DNA of 64,000 nt from an uncultured Chloroflexia bacterium (lineage in GTDB: Bacteria; Chloroflexota; Limnocylindria; QHBO01). The translations under genes were made by a program, and so were the position numbers. The notes beneath the pieces were generated by a model that saw only the letters and a program-made list of their open reading frames with translations, had not been told where the DNA came from and searched no databases. Every line of letters starts with the position of its first letter. Position 1 is the stretch's first letter. Positions 27,213 to 37,220 of this stretch are shown here, one piece after another. The stretch is taken from the NCBI GenBank assembly GCA_963827475.1, contig CAWHAZ010000003.1:17032-81031 (forward strand), read 5' to 3'.

Positions 27213-27449
27213 ATGGCGGTCGAACGCAGCGACGCGCCACAGCGGACCTTGATTCCTCGCGCCGGACAGATCCGTCGCTGCAGCGTGCGGCATGTGGCGA
27301 TCATCCAGGTTCCCGGGGGGCGCGACGTGCAGGTCAGCTGCCTGCTGGGAGGCCCCGAGCATCCGCTGTCGCTCGGCACGTTCGTCGAGGCCCGCCCGAT
27401 CTGCAACGCCTGCACGGCCAGGGGGATCTGGCGCGCCGACGAGGACTGA
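27213..27449 (+). CDS. small zinc-finger protein, zf-CHCC-like (start uncertain; could be the GTG near 27279)
   Basis: This is the tail of ORF 26499..27449: VQVSCLLGGPEHPLSLGTFVEARPICNACTARGIW fits C-x7-HP-x13-C-x2-C. Third-position GC is above 90 percent in the C-terminal 55 codons. Confidence 0.5.
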   Translation: MAVERSDAPQRTLIPRAGQIRRCSVRHVAIIQVPGGRDVQVSCLLGGPEHPLSLGTFVEARPICNACTARGIWRADED

Positions 27450-27454
27450 GGGGC

Positions 27455-27775
27455 GAAGTCCTGGAGGCGGCCTGTAAGCCGAGTTCTGTCCCGGACCGAG
27501 GTCCGGTGACGGCCATCCATCTGGGCGACCTACCCGAGGGCTGAGCGAGCCACCTGCCGCGACCCGAAGGTCGCCGCGCCCTCCTATTCGGTCTTGCTCC
27601 GGCTCGAGCTTGCCCGTTTCACTCCCGCTTGCGCGGGCATCGTCACTGTGGCGCTGGTCCTCGCCTCACGGCGGACGGGTGTTACCCGCGAGCCTGCTCT
27701 ATGGAGCTCGGACTTTCCTCGAACGCCGCCTTTCGGCGATTGCGTCCGCGGCCGTCCGGCCGCCTCCAGGACCCT
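27455..27775 (-). ncRNA. rnpB: RNase P RNA, bacterial type A (ends approximate to within a few nt)
   Basis: The reverse complement contains universal blocks GAGGAAAGUCCGAGCUCCAUAGAGCAGG, CGGGUAACACCCG, GCCCGCGCAAGCGGG, CCGGAGCAAGACCGAAUAGG, AGAUGGAUGGCCGUC and ACAGAACUCGGCUUAC. P1 pairs CCUGGAGGCGGCC (27771-27759) with GGCCGCCUCCAGG (27472-27460). Confidence 0.93.
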
Positions 27776-27779
27776 GAGT

Positions 27780-28196
27780 CTAGACCGATCCCCCCGGTCC
27801 GTCGATCGCCACGTTGCTGAGCCGATCCGCGTCCAGGTTCCGCTCGCGCGGCACGTGACCGACGGTGTAGGCCGACAGCTCGCGGAGCATGGCCATCACC
27901 CGGGCGTGGATCGGCTTGAGGTCGGGATGCTTGACCCTGTAGCGCCCGGCGATCTGGCGCGCCACCAGCTCGGAGTCCGTTCGGAGATCCACCGCGTCGG
28001 CGCCGAGCCGTCGCGCCTCCAGCAGGGCGAGCTCGACCGCGGTCCACTCGGCGTAGTTGTTGGTCCGGACGCCGAGGAACTCGGCGATCTCGGCCACCGT
28101 CTCCCGCGTCTCGGCGTCCTGCAGCAGCGCGCCGGCGCCGGCCGGACCGGGGTTGCCGCGGGCGGCGCCGTCGGTGTGGATCAGCAGGCGGCTCAA
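27780..28196 (-). CDS. rnhA: ribonuclease HI (type 1 RNase H)
   Basis: This is the tail of ORF 27780..28772: LIHTDGAARGNPGPAG, TNNYAEWTAVELAL, DSELVARQ, NLDADRLSN (the DEDD set). The TTG start at 28194-28196 overlaps the sdhB stop (TTGA). Confidence 0.85.
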   Translation of the reverse strand: MSRLLIHTDGAARGNPGPAGAGALLQDAETRETVAEIAEFLGVRTNNYAEWTAVELALLEARRLGADAVDLRTDSELVARQIAGRYRVKHPDLKPIHARVMAMLRELSAYTVGHVPRERNLDADRLSNVAIDGPGGSV

Positions 28197-28894
28197 GCCG
28201 GGCGGTCCTCGATGGCCTGGGTCACCTCGAGGATGGCGCGGGTGACGTTGATGCCCCTGGGGCAGGCCTCGACGCAGTTGAACACGGTCCGGCAGCGCCA
28301 GACCCCGTCGGCATCGGCCATGAGCTCCAGCCGCTCCGCGTGGGCGGTGTCCCGACTGTCGAAGATGAACCGATGGGCGTTCACGATGGCGGCGGGGCCC
28401 ACGTAGTCGGGGTTCGTCCAGAACACCGGGCAGGCGGTGGTGCAGGCGGCGCACAGGATGCAGCGGCTGGTGTCCTCGTACTTCGCGCGGTCGAACGGCG
28501 ACTGGCGGCGCTCCAGGCCGTCGGCCGGGATCTCGTCGTTCACCAGGAACGGCATCGCGTCGCGGTACTTGGCCCAGAAGCCCTCCTGGTCCACGAGCAG
28601 GTCCTTGACCACCGGCAGCCCGCGCATCGGCTCGACCTCGATGCGTGCGCCGGCATCCCGGACGAGGACCGCGCATGCAAGCCGGTTGCGGCCGTTGATG
28701 AGCATCGCGTCGGAGCCGCACACCCCGTGGGCGCAGGAGCGGCGGAAGGTCAGCGTCCCGTCCTGGTACCACTTCACCTGGTGCAGCAGGTCGAGCACCC
28801 GGTCGCTGGGATCGGCCTCGAGGTCGTACGACTCCCAGTGGGGCTCGGCGTCGGCCTCCGGGTTGAAGCGGCGGATGCGGAGCGCGACCTGCAT
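28193..28894 (-). CDS. sdhB: succinate dehydrogenase iron-sulfur subunit
   Basis: It has CAHGVCGSDAMLINGRNRLAC, CILCAACTTACP and CRTVFNCVEACPRGI. Confidence 0.96.
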   Translation of the reverse strand: MQVALRIRRFNPEADAEPHWESYDLEADPSDRVLDLLHQVKWYQDGTLTFRRSCAHGVCGSDAMLINGRNRLACAVLVRDAGARIEVEPMRGLPVVKDLLVDQEGFWAKYRDAMPFLVNDEIPADGLERRQSPFDRAKYEDTSRCILCAACTTACPVFWTNPDYVGPAAIVNAHRFIFDSRDTAHAERLELMADADGVWRCRTVFNCVEACPRGINVTRAILEVTQAIEDRPA

Positions 28895-28897
28895 CGG

Positions 28898-30688
28898 TCA
28901 GTACACCCGGGGCGCCGGCGCGAACTCGGTCACCGTCACTGCCTTGTAGGTGAGGGCGACCTTCCCGTTCGGCTGCCGCGTCGCCATCGTGTGCCGCATC
29001 CAGGCCTCGTCGTCGCGGTCGGGGAAGTCCTCGCGGGCGTGCGCCCCACGGCTCTCGGTCCGGGCCTCGGCCGAGACGACCATCGCCTCCGCGCAGTCGA
29101 GCAGGAACCCGAGCTCGAGGGCATCGGTGAGGTCGGTGTTGTACCGGCTGCCGTGGTCATCGAGGCGCAGGTTGCGGGCGCGCTCGCGGAGCCCGGCGAC
29201 GCCGGAGCGAGCCGCCGCCAGGCCGGCGGCCGAGCGGTACACGCCGCAGTCGCGGAACATCAGCTCCCGGAGGTCCGTCCGCAGCGTCGCCGGCCGCTCG
29301 CCACGGTCGCCGGCCAGCAGGTCGGCGAGCCCCGCGGTCGCACGCGCCTCCGCCTCCAGGTCGCGGGCCGGCGGCGGGGCGTCGCGGAAAGCATCGGTCA
29401 TCGCCATCCCGGCCCGCCGGCCGAAGACGAGGATGTCGAGCAGCGAGTTCGTGCCCAGCCGGTTCGCGCCGTGGACGCTGACGCAGGCGCACTCCCCCGC
29501 CGCGTAGAAGCCTTCCACCAGCGTGCCATCGGCATCGGCCAGGACCCGGCCGTCGACATCGGTCGGGATGCCGCCCATGGCGTAGTGGGCGGTCGGCTGG
29601 ATCGGCACCAGGTCGGTGAGCGGTTCGAGCCCGAAGTAGGTCCGGATGAAGCCAGCCATGTCCGGCAGCTTGCGATCGAGGATTTCGCGGCCGAGGTGGC
29701 GAACATCGAGGTGGACGAAGTCCTGGCCGTTCACTCCACGCCCGGCCGCCACCTCCTGGTAGATGCTCCGGCTCACCACGTCGCGGCTGGCGAGGTCCTT
29801 CATCGTCGGCGCGTAGCGTTCCATGAACCGGTCCCCCTCACCATTGAGCAGGATCCCGCCCTCGCCCCGCATCGCCTCCGACAGCAGGAACCCGAGGCGG
29901 TACATACCGGTCGGGTGGAACTGGTAGAACTCCATGTCCTCGACCGGGATCCCCCGCCGGTACGCGATCGCCACCCCGTCTCCGGTCAGGGTGTGGGCGT
30001 TGGACGTGACCTTGTAGACCATGCCGAAGCCACCGGTCGCGAACAGGACGGCGGGGGCGAGGAACGCGGTCAGCTCTCCGGTCGCCAGCTGGATGGCAAG
30101 CACGCCGCTGACCCGTCCCCCTGGACCGTCGGGCATGAGCAGGTCGAGGACCTGGTACTCGTCGAAGAACGTCACCTCGTGGCGGATGCACTGCTGATAG
30201 AGGGTCTGGAGGATGGCGTGCCCGGTCCGGTCCGCGGAGTAGCAGGAACGGCGGACCGGCGCCTCCCCGTGGTTGCGGGAGTGGCCGCCAAACCGGCGCT
30301 GGTCGATCAGGCCCTCTGGCGTGCGGTCGAACGGCAGCCCGAGATGCTCGAGGTCGCGGATGGTCTGCACCGCGTCGCGACACATCACCTCTGCCGCGTC
30401 CTGGTCAACGAGATAGTCCCCGCCCTTGACCGTGTCCCACCAATGCCACTCCCAGTGGTCTTCCTCGGTGTTGCCCAGGGCGGCGCACACGCCGCCCTGG
30501 GCGGCGCCGGTGTGGGAGCGGGTCGGGTACAGCTTCGAGACGACACCGATCCGGCCTGCCTCGCCCAGTCCCCGCTTCAGCTCCAGGGCGGCATACAGGC
30601 CGGCGCCGCCGGCCCCCACCACCACCGCGTCGAGGACGTGGATGCGAGGCGCGGCCGCCGGGCCGCGCCCGACCATCGGTACGCTCAT
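28898..30688 (-). CDS. sdhA: succinate dehydrogenase flavoprotein subunit
   Basis: ORF 28898..30862 from ATG 30686-30688. It has VVVGAGGAGLYAAL, RSHTGAAQGG (FAD histidine) and HPTGM. Confidence 0.96.
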   Translation of the reverse strand: MSVPMVGRGPAAAPRIHVLDAVVVGAGGAGLYAALELKRGLGEAGRIGVVSKLYPTRSHTGAAQGGVCAALGNTEEDHWEWHWWDTVKGGDYLVDQDAAEVMCRDAVQTIRDLEHLGLPFDRTPEGLIDQRRFGGHSRNHGEAPVRRSCYSADRTGHAILQTLYQQCIRHEVTFFDEYQVLDLLMPDGPGGRVSGVLAIQLATGELTAFLAPAVLFATGGFGMVYKVTSNAHTLTGDGVAIAYRRGIPVEDMEFYQFHPTGMYRLGFLLSEAMRGEGGILLNGEGDRFMERYAPTMKDLASRDVVSRSIYQEVAAGRGVNGQDFVHLDVRHLGREILDRKLPDMAGFIRTYFGLEPLTDLVPIQPTAHYAMGGIPTDVDGRVLADADGTLVEGFYAAGECACVSVHGANRLGTNSLLDILVFGRRAGMAMTDAFRDAPPPARDLEAEARATAGLADLLAGDRGERPATLRTDLRELMFRDCGVYRSAAGLAAARSGVAGLRERARNLRLDDHGSRYNTDLTDALELGFLLDCAEAMVVSAEARTESRGAHAREDFPDRDDEAWMRHTMATRQPNGKVALTYKAVTVTEFAPAPRVY

Positions 30689-30698
30689 GCCACTGCGC

Positions 30699-31139
30699 TC
30701 ACGAGAACGGGCCGACGGCGGGCGCCCCTTCTGGGTTGAAGAACACGACCACCAGCAGGCCCAGGAGGAGCCAGGCCACGGCCAGCAGCCCGAGACCGGC
30801 GACGAGGAGGTTGCGGATGCCGCCACGCGGCACGAGGTCGGTGATGACCACCCGCGCGCCATTTACCCCATGCACCAGTGCCAGGACGAGGAGCAGCGCG
30901 TCGTAGATCCGCCAGAACGGCGTTCCCCAGCGGCTGGTCACGAACGCGAAGTTCACCTCCTGCCCGGCGAGCTGCACGAGCACGTGCATGATCAGCATGT
31001 GGCCGAGGGCCAGGATCACGAGGGCCAGCCCGCTGAGCCGCATGAACCACCACCAGAATCGCTCGCGCCGCGTGCCGGTCGGCGGGCCCGATCGCGGCGC
31101 GGGCGGGTTGCCGAGCCAAACCGTGCGTCCGATGCTCAC
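30699..31139 (-). CDS. sdhD: succinate dehydrogenase membrane anchor subunit
   Basis: This is the tail of ORF 30699..31718, with three TM helices. The GTG at 31137-31139 overlaps the sdhC stop (GTGA). The call rests on position between sdhC and sdhA. Confidence 0.75.
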   Translation of the reverse strand: MSIGRTVWLGNPPAPRSGPPTGTRRERFWWWFMRLSGLALVILALGHMLIMHVLVQLAGQEVNFAFVTSRWGTPFWRIYDALLLVLALVHGVNGARVVITDLVPRGGIRNLLVAGLGLLAVAWLLLGLLVVVFFNPEGAPAVGPFS

Positions 31140-31543
31140 GGGCTGCCCCACGGGGCGAACGGCGCGAACATCACCATCGCCAGCGGCACCATTGCCACCA
31201 CCGTGGCGATGACGACGCCATAGGTCAGCGGCCGATACCACGCGGTGGCGGCCGGCACGAAGTCGATGAGGATGATCTTCAGCCCGTTGAGGGAGTGGTA
31301 CACGAGCGCCGCCATGAGGAGGATCTCGAGGGCGCGGATGACCGGGTTGCGGAAGAAGCCGAGGGTCGTGTCGTACGCCGCCGGGCCGACAAGCACCATC
31401 GAGGTCTCGACGATGTGCATGAACAGGTAGAGGAGGACGCCGATCCCCGACAGCCGATGCCCGAACCACGCCAGCTGGGCCCAGCTGACCCGGTAGCGGA
31501 CCACGCGCGACTGGGCCTGGGCCAGCCTCGACCCGACGGTCAT
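31136..31543 (-). CDS. sdhC: succinate dehydrogenase cytochrome b subunit
   Basis: 135 aa with three TM helices and the HRLSGIGVLLYLFMH heme-ligand region. An ATGA overlap occurs with the icd stop. Confidence 0.85.
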   Translation of the reverse strand: MTVGSRLAQAQSRVVRYRVSWAQLAWFGHRLSGIGVLLYLFMHIVETSMVLVGPAAYDTTLGFFRNPVIRALEILLMAALVYHSLNGLKIILIDFVPAATAWYRPLTYGVVIATVVAMVPLAMVMFAPFAPWGSP

Positions 31544-32562
31544 GCGGCTGCCCGCAGCGCCTGGACCCGGTCGGCCACGGCCTGCCCGTACGCCCGCGTG
31601 CCGGCCGAGCCGCCGAGGTCGACGGTGATGACCTTCCCCTCGCCGATGACATCACGGACCGCCGCCTCGACCGCAGCGCCGGCGTCGGTCTCGCCGATGT
31701 GACGCAGCAGCAGGGCACCCGACAGGATCAGCGCGGTGGGGTTGGCTCGATCCTGGCCGGCGTACTTCGGCGCGGAGCCGTGGACGGCTTCGAACACCGC
31801 CGCCACCTCACCGATGTTCGCGCCCGGCGCGACGCCCAGCCCGCCGACCAGGCCCGCCGCGAGGTCGCTGATGATGTCGCCGTACAGATTGGGGGCGACG
31901 AGCACGTCGTAGGCCTCCGGCTTCTGGACCAGCTGCATGCACATGTTGTCGACGATCCGGTCCTGGAAAGCGATCCGCCCCTCGTAGTCGGCCGCCACCC
32001 GACGGCAGCTCTCGAGGAAGAGCCCATCGGTCAGCTTCATGATGTTCGCCTTGTGGACCGCAGTCACCACCGAGCGTCCGTTGGCCACGGCGTATTCGAA
32101 TGCGTAGCGGGCAATTCGCTCTGACGCGCCGCGGGTGATGACCTTGATGCTCTCCGCCTCGTCGTCACTCACGGACCGCTCGATCCCGGCGTACAGGTCC
32201 TCGGTGTTCTCGCGGACGATGACCAGGTCGACGTCCGCATAGCGCGACTGGACCCCGACGATGCTCCGCGCCGGGCGGACGTTCGCGTACAGGGCCAGGG
32301 CCTGGCGGAGCGCGACGTTCACGCTGCGGAAGCCGGTGCCGACCGGGGTCGTGATCGGGCCCTTCAGGGCGACGCGCGTCCGCCGGATGCTCTCGACCAC
32401 GCGGTCGGGCAGCGGGTTGCCCTCGCTGGTGAGCGTCGCCTCCCCGGCGACCTGCTCGTCCCAGCTGAAGGCGAGCCCGGTGGCTTCCAGCACCTCGCGC
32501 GCGGCGGCGGCGATCTCCGGACCGATCCCGTCACCCGGGATCAGCGTCACCTCGTAGGCCAT
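31540..32562 (-). CDS. icd: isocitrate dehydrogenase, NAD-dependent type (isocitrate/isopropylmalate dehydrogenase family)
   Basis: It has LIPGDGIGPE, VIVRENTEDLYAG, VHKANIMKLTDGLF and NLYGDIISDLAAGLVGGLG. It starts at MAYEV (ATG 32562). The substrate is inferred from the sdh/suc context. Confidence 0.85.
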   Translation of the reverse strand: MAYEVTLIPGDGIGPEIAAAAREVLEATGLAFSWDEQVAGEATLTSEGNPLPDRVVESIRRTRVALKGPITTPVGTGFRSVNVALRQALALYANVRPARSIVGVQSRYADVDLVIVRENTEDLYAGIERSVSDDEAESIKVITRGASERIARYAFEYAVANGRSVVTAVHKANIMKLTDGLFLESCRRVAADYEGRIAFQDRIVDNMCMQLVQKPEAYDVLVAPNLYGDIISDLAAGLVGGLGVAPGANIGEVAAVFEAVHGSAPKYAGQDRANPTALILSGALLLRHIGETDAGAAVEAAVRDVIGEGKVITVDLGGSAGTRAYGQAVADRVQALRAAA

Positions 32563-32636
32563 CGGCCCAAGTGTAGGCAGGCGGGGCCGCGTCCGGTGGC
32601 GGTCGGCCACGGGACGCGTCGGGTACGCTCGGGGTC

Positions 32637-33776
32637 GTGAAGCTGCAGGAGTACCGGAGCAAGGAGATCCTTGCCCGGCACGGCATTCCGACCCTCCCCG
32701 GGGAGGTCGTCGCCACCCCGGCCGAGGCGCGCCTGGCGGCGGAGCGGCTCGCGGTCCCGGTCGTGGTCAAAGCTCAGGTCCTCGCCGGCGGGCGGGGCAA
32801 GGCCGGCGGGGTGAAGCTCGCGGCCGACCCGGGCGAAGCGGAGGCCCGGGCGGCGGAGATCCTCGGCCTGCTGATCGCCGGCGGTCCCGTCCGGCGAGTG
32901 CTCGTCACGCCGGCCGTGGACATCGCTGCCGAGTACTACCTCGCCCTCGTCCTCGATCGGGGCGCGAAGGCGGTGACGGTCATCGCCAGCGCCGAGGGCG
33001 GTATCGAGATCGAGGAGGTCGCCCACACCAACCCGGATGCGATCCTGCGCCACCTCCTCGACCCGCTGGCGGGGCTCCGACCCTCCGACGTCGCCGCGGT
33101 CGATGCGTTCCTCGCCCTGCCCGAGGTGCATCGGCCCGCCTTCGCCTCCCTCCTCGAGGGCCTCGCCGCGGCCTTCTTCGACACCGACGCCGAGCTGGCC
33201 GAGGTCAACCCGATGGCCATAACCGCCGACGGGCGTCTGCTCGCCCTCGACGCGAAGATGGTCGTCGACGACTCCGCGCTCCCCCGTCACCCCGACGTGG
33301 AGGCCATGCGCGACCTGTCGGAGGAAGAGCCCGCCGAGATCGCCGCGCGCGAGGCCGGGATCAGCTACATCAAGCTCGACGGCACGATTGGCTGCATGGT
33401 GAACGGCGCCGGCCTGGCGATGACCACCATGGACCTCGTCAAGCTGGCCGGCGGCGAGCCGGCAAACTTCCTCGACATCGGGGGCGGGGCCCGTCACGAG
33501 AAGGTCGCGGAGGCGTTCCGGATCATCCTCGCCGACACGAACGTGCGCGCGGTCCTGATCAACATCTTCGGCGGAATCACCCGTGGCGACGAGGTGGCCC
33601 ACGGCATCGTCGAGGCCCGGGCCGGCCTGGAGCGCGAGGTACCGATGGTGGTGCGCATCGTCGGCACCAACGCCGACGAGGCGGCACTCATCCTCGAACA
33701 GGCCAACCTGCAGACGGCCTACAGCCTGGATGAGGCCGCCGAGCTGGCGGTCGCCGCGGCGGGAGCCACCGCGTGA
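32637..33776 (+). CDS. sucC: succinyl-CoA synthetase beta subunit
   Basis: It starts [12 protein letters not shown] and has [18 protein letters not shown] and NIFGGITR. It has a GTG start. Confidence 0.96.
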   Translation: MKLQEYRSKEILARHGIPTLPGEVVATPAEARLAAERLAVPVVVKAQVLAGGRGKAGGVKLAADPGEAEARAAEILGLLIAGGPVRRVLVTPAVDIAAEYYLALVLDRGAKAVTVIASAEGGIEIEEVAHTNPDAILRHLLDPLAGLRPSDVAAVDAFLALPEVHRPAFASLLEGLAAAFFDTDAELAEVNPMAITADGRLLALDAKMVVDDSALPRHPDVEAMRDLSEEEPAEIAAREAGISYIKLDGTIGCMVNGAGLAMTTMDLVKLAGGEPANFLDIGGGARHEKVAEAFRIILADTNVRAVLINIFGGITRGDEVAHGIVEARAGLEREVPMVVRIVGTNADEAALILEQANLQTAYSLDEAAELAVAAAGATA

Positions 33777-34648
33777 GCATCCTCGTCAACGCCGAGACGC
33801 GACTCCTCATCCAGGGCATCACCGGCCGCGAGGGCCAGTTCCACGGCCAGGCGATGCTCGACTACGGGACGCCGGTCGTGTCCGGGGTCACGCCGGGCAA
33901 GGGCGGGCAGCGGACGTTCAACGACCGGGTTCCCGTCTTCGACACGGTGGCCGAGGCGATCGCCGAGACGGGAGCCAACACCAGCGTGATCTACGTCCCG
34001 GCGGCGTTCGCGCCGGACGCGATGCTGGAGGCGGCCGCCGCCGGCATCGGTCTGATCTTCTGCATCACCGAGGGCATCCCCGCCCTGGACATGCTCCGCG
34101 TGTACCACACGGTCCGCCGCCAGGGCGTCCGGCTGGTCGGGCCGAACTGCCCCGGAGCCACGTCCGTCGGGCAGGCGAAGGTCGGGATCATCCCCGGCAA
34201 CATCCATCGCCGGGGCCGGGTTGGGGTGGTCAGCCGCTCGGGCACCCTGACCTATGAGGTGGTGCAGGCCTTGACCGATGAAGGCATCGGTCAGTCCACC
34301 TGCGTCGGCATCGGTGGCGATCCGATCGTCGGCACCAACTTCATCGAGGTGCTCGACCTGTTCCAGGCCGACCCGGATACCGATGCGGTCGTCCTCATCG
34401 GCGAGATCGGCGGCGACGAGGAGGAGCGTGCGGCAGCCCACATCGCCCAGTCGATAACGAAGCCGGTGGCCGCGTTCATCGCCGGCCGGACCGCTCCGCC
34501 GGGCCGGCGGATGGGCCATGCCGGGGCGATCATCTCGGGTGGGGCGGGCACGGCTGACTCCAAGCGCGAGGCGCTCCGCGAGGCGGGCGTCCGCGTCGCG
34601 GACTCGCCGCTCCAGATTCCGGCGTTGCTGCGGGGGCCGGTGGGCTAG
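33773..34648 (+). CDS. sucD: succinyl-CoA synthetase alpha subunit
   Basis: It has [17 protein letters not shown] and MGHAGAII (phosphohistidine). A GTGA overlap occurs with sucC. Confidence 0.96.
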   Translation: MSILVNAETRLLIQGITGREGQFHGQAMLDYGTPVVSGVTPGKGGQRTFNDRVPVFDTVAEAIAETGANTSVIYVPAAFAPDAMLEAAAAGIGLIFCITEGIPALDMLRVYHTVRRQGVRLVGPNCPGATSVGQAKVGIIPGNIHRRGRVGVVSRSGTLTYEVVQALTDEGIGQSTCVGIGGDPIVGTNFIEVLDLFQADPDTDAVVLIGEIGGDEEERAAAHIAQSITKPVAAFIAGRTAPPGRRMGHAGAIISGGAGTADSKREALREAGVRVADSPLQIPALLRGPVG

Positions 34649-35100
34649 CGAGCCCGGCTGTCCTCGCTCGCGCCTTCGCGTTCCAGCAACTCCCACAGGA
34701 CGCCGCTCAGCGTCCGCGGGTGCACGAAAGCCACCGATCCCTCGGCTCCTGGGCGCGGAACCTGGTCGACCAGCTCGGCCCCCGCGTCCGCCAGCCGAGC
34801 CAGCTCCGCAGCGATGTCGGCGGTCCCGAAACACACGTGGTGCAGCCCCTCCCCGCGCGACGCCAGGAAGCGGGCGACGCCGCTTTCGGCATCGGTGGGC
34901 TGGATGAGCTCGATCCGCGCCGCTGGCGCGGGCCCGGTGGGCAGGAAGCAGAGACGCACGGCCTGGGCGGCGATCGTCTGGACCTCCGCGTCGGGAGCCA
35001 GGCCGAGCAGCTCGCGGTAGCGCGGCAGCGACGCGTCGATGTCGTGGACGACCACGGCCACGTGGTCGATCGCTCCGAGGCGCGATTCCGGAGTGGTCAC
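34645..35100 (-). CDS. mce: methylmalonyl-CoA epimerase (VOC superfamily)
   Basis: It has [12 protein letters not shown] and GEGLHHVCF. The GTG at 35098-35100 overlaps the mutase stop. The call also rests on context next to the mutase. Confidence 0.85.
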   Translation of the reverse strand: MTTPESRLGAIDHVAVVVHDIDASLPRYRELLGLAPDAEVQTIAAQAVRLCFLPTGPAPAARIELIQPTDAESGVARFLASRGEGLHHVCFGTADIAAELARLADAGAELVDQVPRPGAEGSVAFVHPRTLSGVLWELLEREGASEDSRAR

Positions 35101-36737
35101 GGCCGGTGCTCGCCCCACGTCGCCCGCAGGGAATCGGCGATCTCACCCAGCGTAACGTCCGCCTCGACGCAGGCCCGGATGCGTGGCAGGAGGTTCTCCG
35201 TCCCGCGGGCCGCGATGCCGAGCGCCTCGAGTGCCGCGGCGGCCGCCGCCGGATCGCGCGCCGCGCGGAGCGCTGCCGTGCGCTCGGCCTGCTCCCGTTC
35301 GGCCGCCGGGTCGATGACCTGCGGCTGCGGCCGAGCGCCCTCGCCGTCCGTCCCATCGGCGGCATCGGTGAAGGCGTTGACCCCGACGACGATGGACTCA
35401 CCTGCTTCGAGGGCCTGCTGGTCCGCGTACGCCGCGTCGGCGATGGCTCCCGCCTGGTAACCAGCCTCCAGGGCGGCGAGCGGGCCGCCCAGCTCGTCCA
35501 GCCGCGCCAGCTCGGCCGTGGCCCGCTCGTCGAGCGCATCGGTCAGTGACTCGACGTACCACGACCCACCGAGCGGATCGATCGGCGCGGTCAGGCCAGA
35601 CTCGTGGGCCAGGACCTGCTGCGTCCGGAGCGCCAGGCGCGCGGCCTCGGGGCTGGGCAGGCCCAGCGCCTCGTCGAGCGCATTGGTATGGAGCGACTGC
35701 GCGCCGCCGAGCACGGCGGACAGCGCCTGGACGGTGGTCCGGACGGTGTTCGTCTCCGGCTGCTGGGCGGTGAGGGTCGAGCCCGCGGTCTGGACGTGGA
35801 AGCGGAGGGTCATGCTCCGCGGATCGGTCGCGCCGTAGCGGTCACGGGCGATCCGCGCCCACAGCCGCCGGGCGGCGCGGAACTTCGCGACTTCCTCGAA
35901 CAGGTCGTTGTGGGCGGCGAAGAAGAACGAGAGCCGGGGCGCGAAGTCGTCGAAGGCGAGGCCTGCCGCGATGGCCGCGTCCGCGTAGCTGATGGCATTG
36001 CCCATGGTGTAGGCCAGCTCCTGGGCCGCGGTCGCGCCGGCCTCGCGCATGTGGTAGCCGCTGATGCTGATCGGGTTGAACCGGGGCAGGTCGGAGCGGC
36101 AATAGGCGATGAGGTCGGTCGCCAGCCGAAGGGAGGGCTGCGGCGGGAAGATATAGGTCCCGCGCGCGACGTACTCCTTGAGGATGTCGTTCTGGACCGT
36201 GCCCCGCAGGCGGGCCGGCTCGACCCCCTGGCGGCGGCCCACCGCCTCGTACAGGGCGAGCAGGATGGCGGCGGTGGCGTTGATCGTCATCGAGGTGCTC
36301 ACCTCTCCGAGGTCGATCCCGTCCAGCAGCCGCTCCATGTCGTGGACCGAGTCGATCGGGACACCGACCCGCCCGACCTCGCCCGCGACCTGGGGGTCGT
36401 CGCTGTCGTAGCCCATCTGGGTCGGCAGGTCGAACGCGACCGAGAGCCCGGTCTGGCCGCCGGCCAGCAGGTCGCGGTACCGCCGATTGGACTCCGTGGC
36501 CGAGGTGAAACCGGCGTACTGGCGCATCGTCCACGGCCGGCCGCGGTAGCCCGTGGCGTGGATGCCACGGGTGTATGGGTACGCGCCCGGCTCGCCCAGC
36601 CGATCGCCCAGCCCGACCGTCACATCGGTGGACCGATAGACGTCGCCGATCTCGATTCCCGAGCTGGTCCGCTCGTGTCGCGAGGGGCGTTCCGGGGCGT
36701 CGCCCGTGGCATCGTCCCGTTCCGGTCCCCTGGTCAC
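35097..36737 (-). CDS. methylmalonyl-CoA mutase family, large catalytic subunit without a fused B12-binding domain
   Basis: It has [41 protein letters not shown] and [21 protein letters not shown]. It ends before any DxHxxG B12 domain. Confidence 0.9.
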   Translation of the reverse strand: MTRGPERDDATGDAPERPSRHERTSSGIEIGDVYRSTDVTVGLGDRLGEPGAYPYTRGIHATGYRGRPWTMRQYAGFTSATESNRRYRDLLAGGQTGLSVAFDLPTQMGYDSDDPQVAGEVGRVGVPIDSVHDMERLLDGIDLGEVSTSMTINATAAILLALYEAVGRRQGVEPARLRGTVQNDILKEYVARGTYIFPPQPSLRLATDLIAYCRSDLPRFNPISISGYHMREAGATAAQELAYTMGNAISYADAAIAAGLAFDDFAPRLSFFFAAHNDLFEEVAKFRAARRLWARIARDRYGATDPRSMTLRFHVQTAGSTLTAQQPETNTVRTTVQALSAVLGGAQSLHTNALDEALGLPSPEAARLALRTQQVLAHESGLTAPIDPLGGSWYVESLTDALDERATAELARLDELGGPLAALEAGYQAGAIADAAYADQQALEAGESIVVGVNAFTDAADGTDGEGARPQPQVIDPAAEREQAERTAALRAARDPAAAAAALEALGIAARGTENLLPRIRACVEADVTLGEIADSLRATWGEHRP

Positions 36738-36747
36738 GCGGCCGATT

Positions 36748-37188
36748 CTACGGGTCCGGATCGGCGAGCCGAACGAGGAGGATGCCGGTGGTGATCGCCT
36801 GCCCGGGCGCGACCTCGATCGCGGTCACGCGCCCGTGGCGCGGGGCGCGGATCTCGTTCTGCATCTTCATGGCCTCGATCGTCACCAGCGGATCACCGGC
36901 AGCCACCTCGTCGCCAACCGCCACGCCGACCCGGACCACGAGGCCGGGCAGGGTGGCGCGGACCTCCGCCGGCCCACCTCGACGGGCAGCCAGGCCGCCG
37001 GTCTCAGCCAGCAATCGGTCCCGGTGGCTGCGAACGGCGACGGCGATCCGCCGGCCCCGAACGGTGACCACCCACTCCCCGCCGCCACCCTCGACCGCGA
37101 CCAGCTCCCGCTCCGGACCGCGGCGAAGGAGCGCCACCCTCTCCGCGCGGTCGACCCAGACGAGCGACCAGTCATTGGCCGGGTCCAC
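36748..37188 (-). CDS. biotin carboxyl carrier protein-like subunit. It may start 36 nt further up, at CTG 37222-37224.
   Basis: It has a C-terminal biotinyl domain with the EAMKMQNEI motif. The N-terminal ~70 aa are of unknown fold. Confidence 0.85.
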   Translation of the reverse strand: MDPANDWSLVWVDRAERVALLRRGPERELVAVEGGGGEWVVTVRGRRIAVAVRSHRDRLLAETGGLAARRGGPAEVRATLPGLVVRVGVAVGDEVAAGDPLVTIEAMKMQNEIRAPRHGRVTAIEVAPGQAITTGILLVRLADPDP

Positions 37189-37220
37189 CGGCTCGCCGCC
37201 GACCAGGAGCTCGACCGTCG

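Noticed and set aside
27594-28406. A 270-aa plus-strand ORF across the rnpB and rnhA region, with other small ORFs at 27203-27520.
   Set aside because: The interval is explained by RNase P RNA and rnhA on the other strand. The predicted peptides are low-complexity.
35055-35075. The CCACGTGG palindrome inside the epimerase gene, and other CACGTG cores, as parS sites.
   Set aside because: The flanks do not match TGTTNCACGTGAAACA, and the sites lie within coding sequence.
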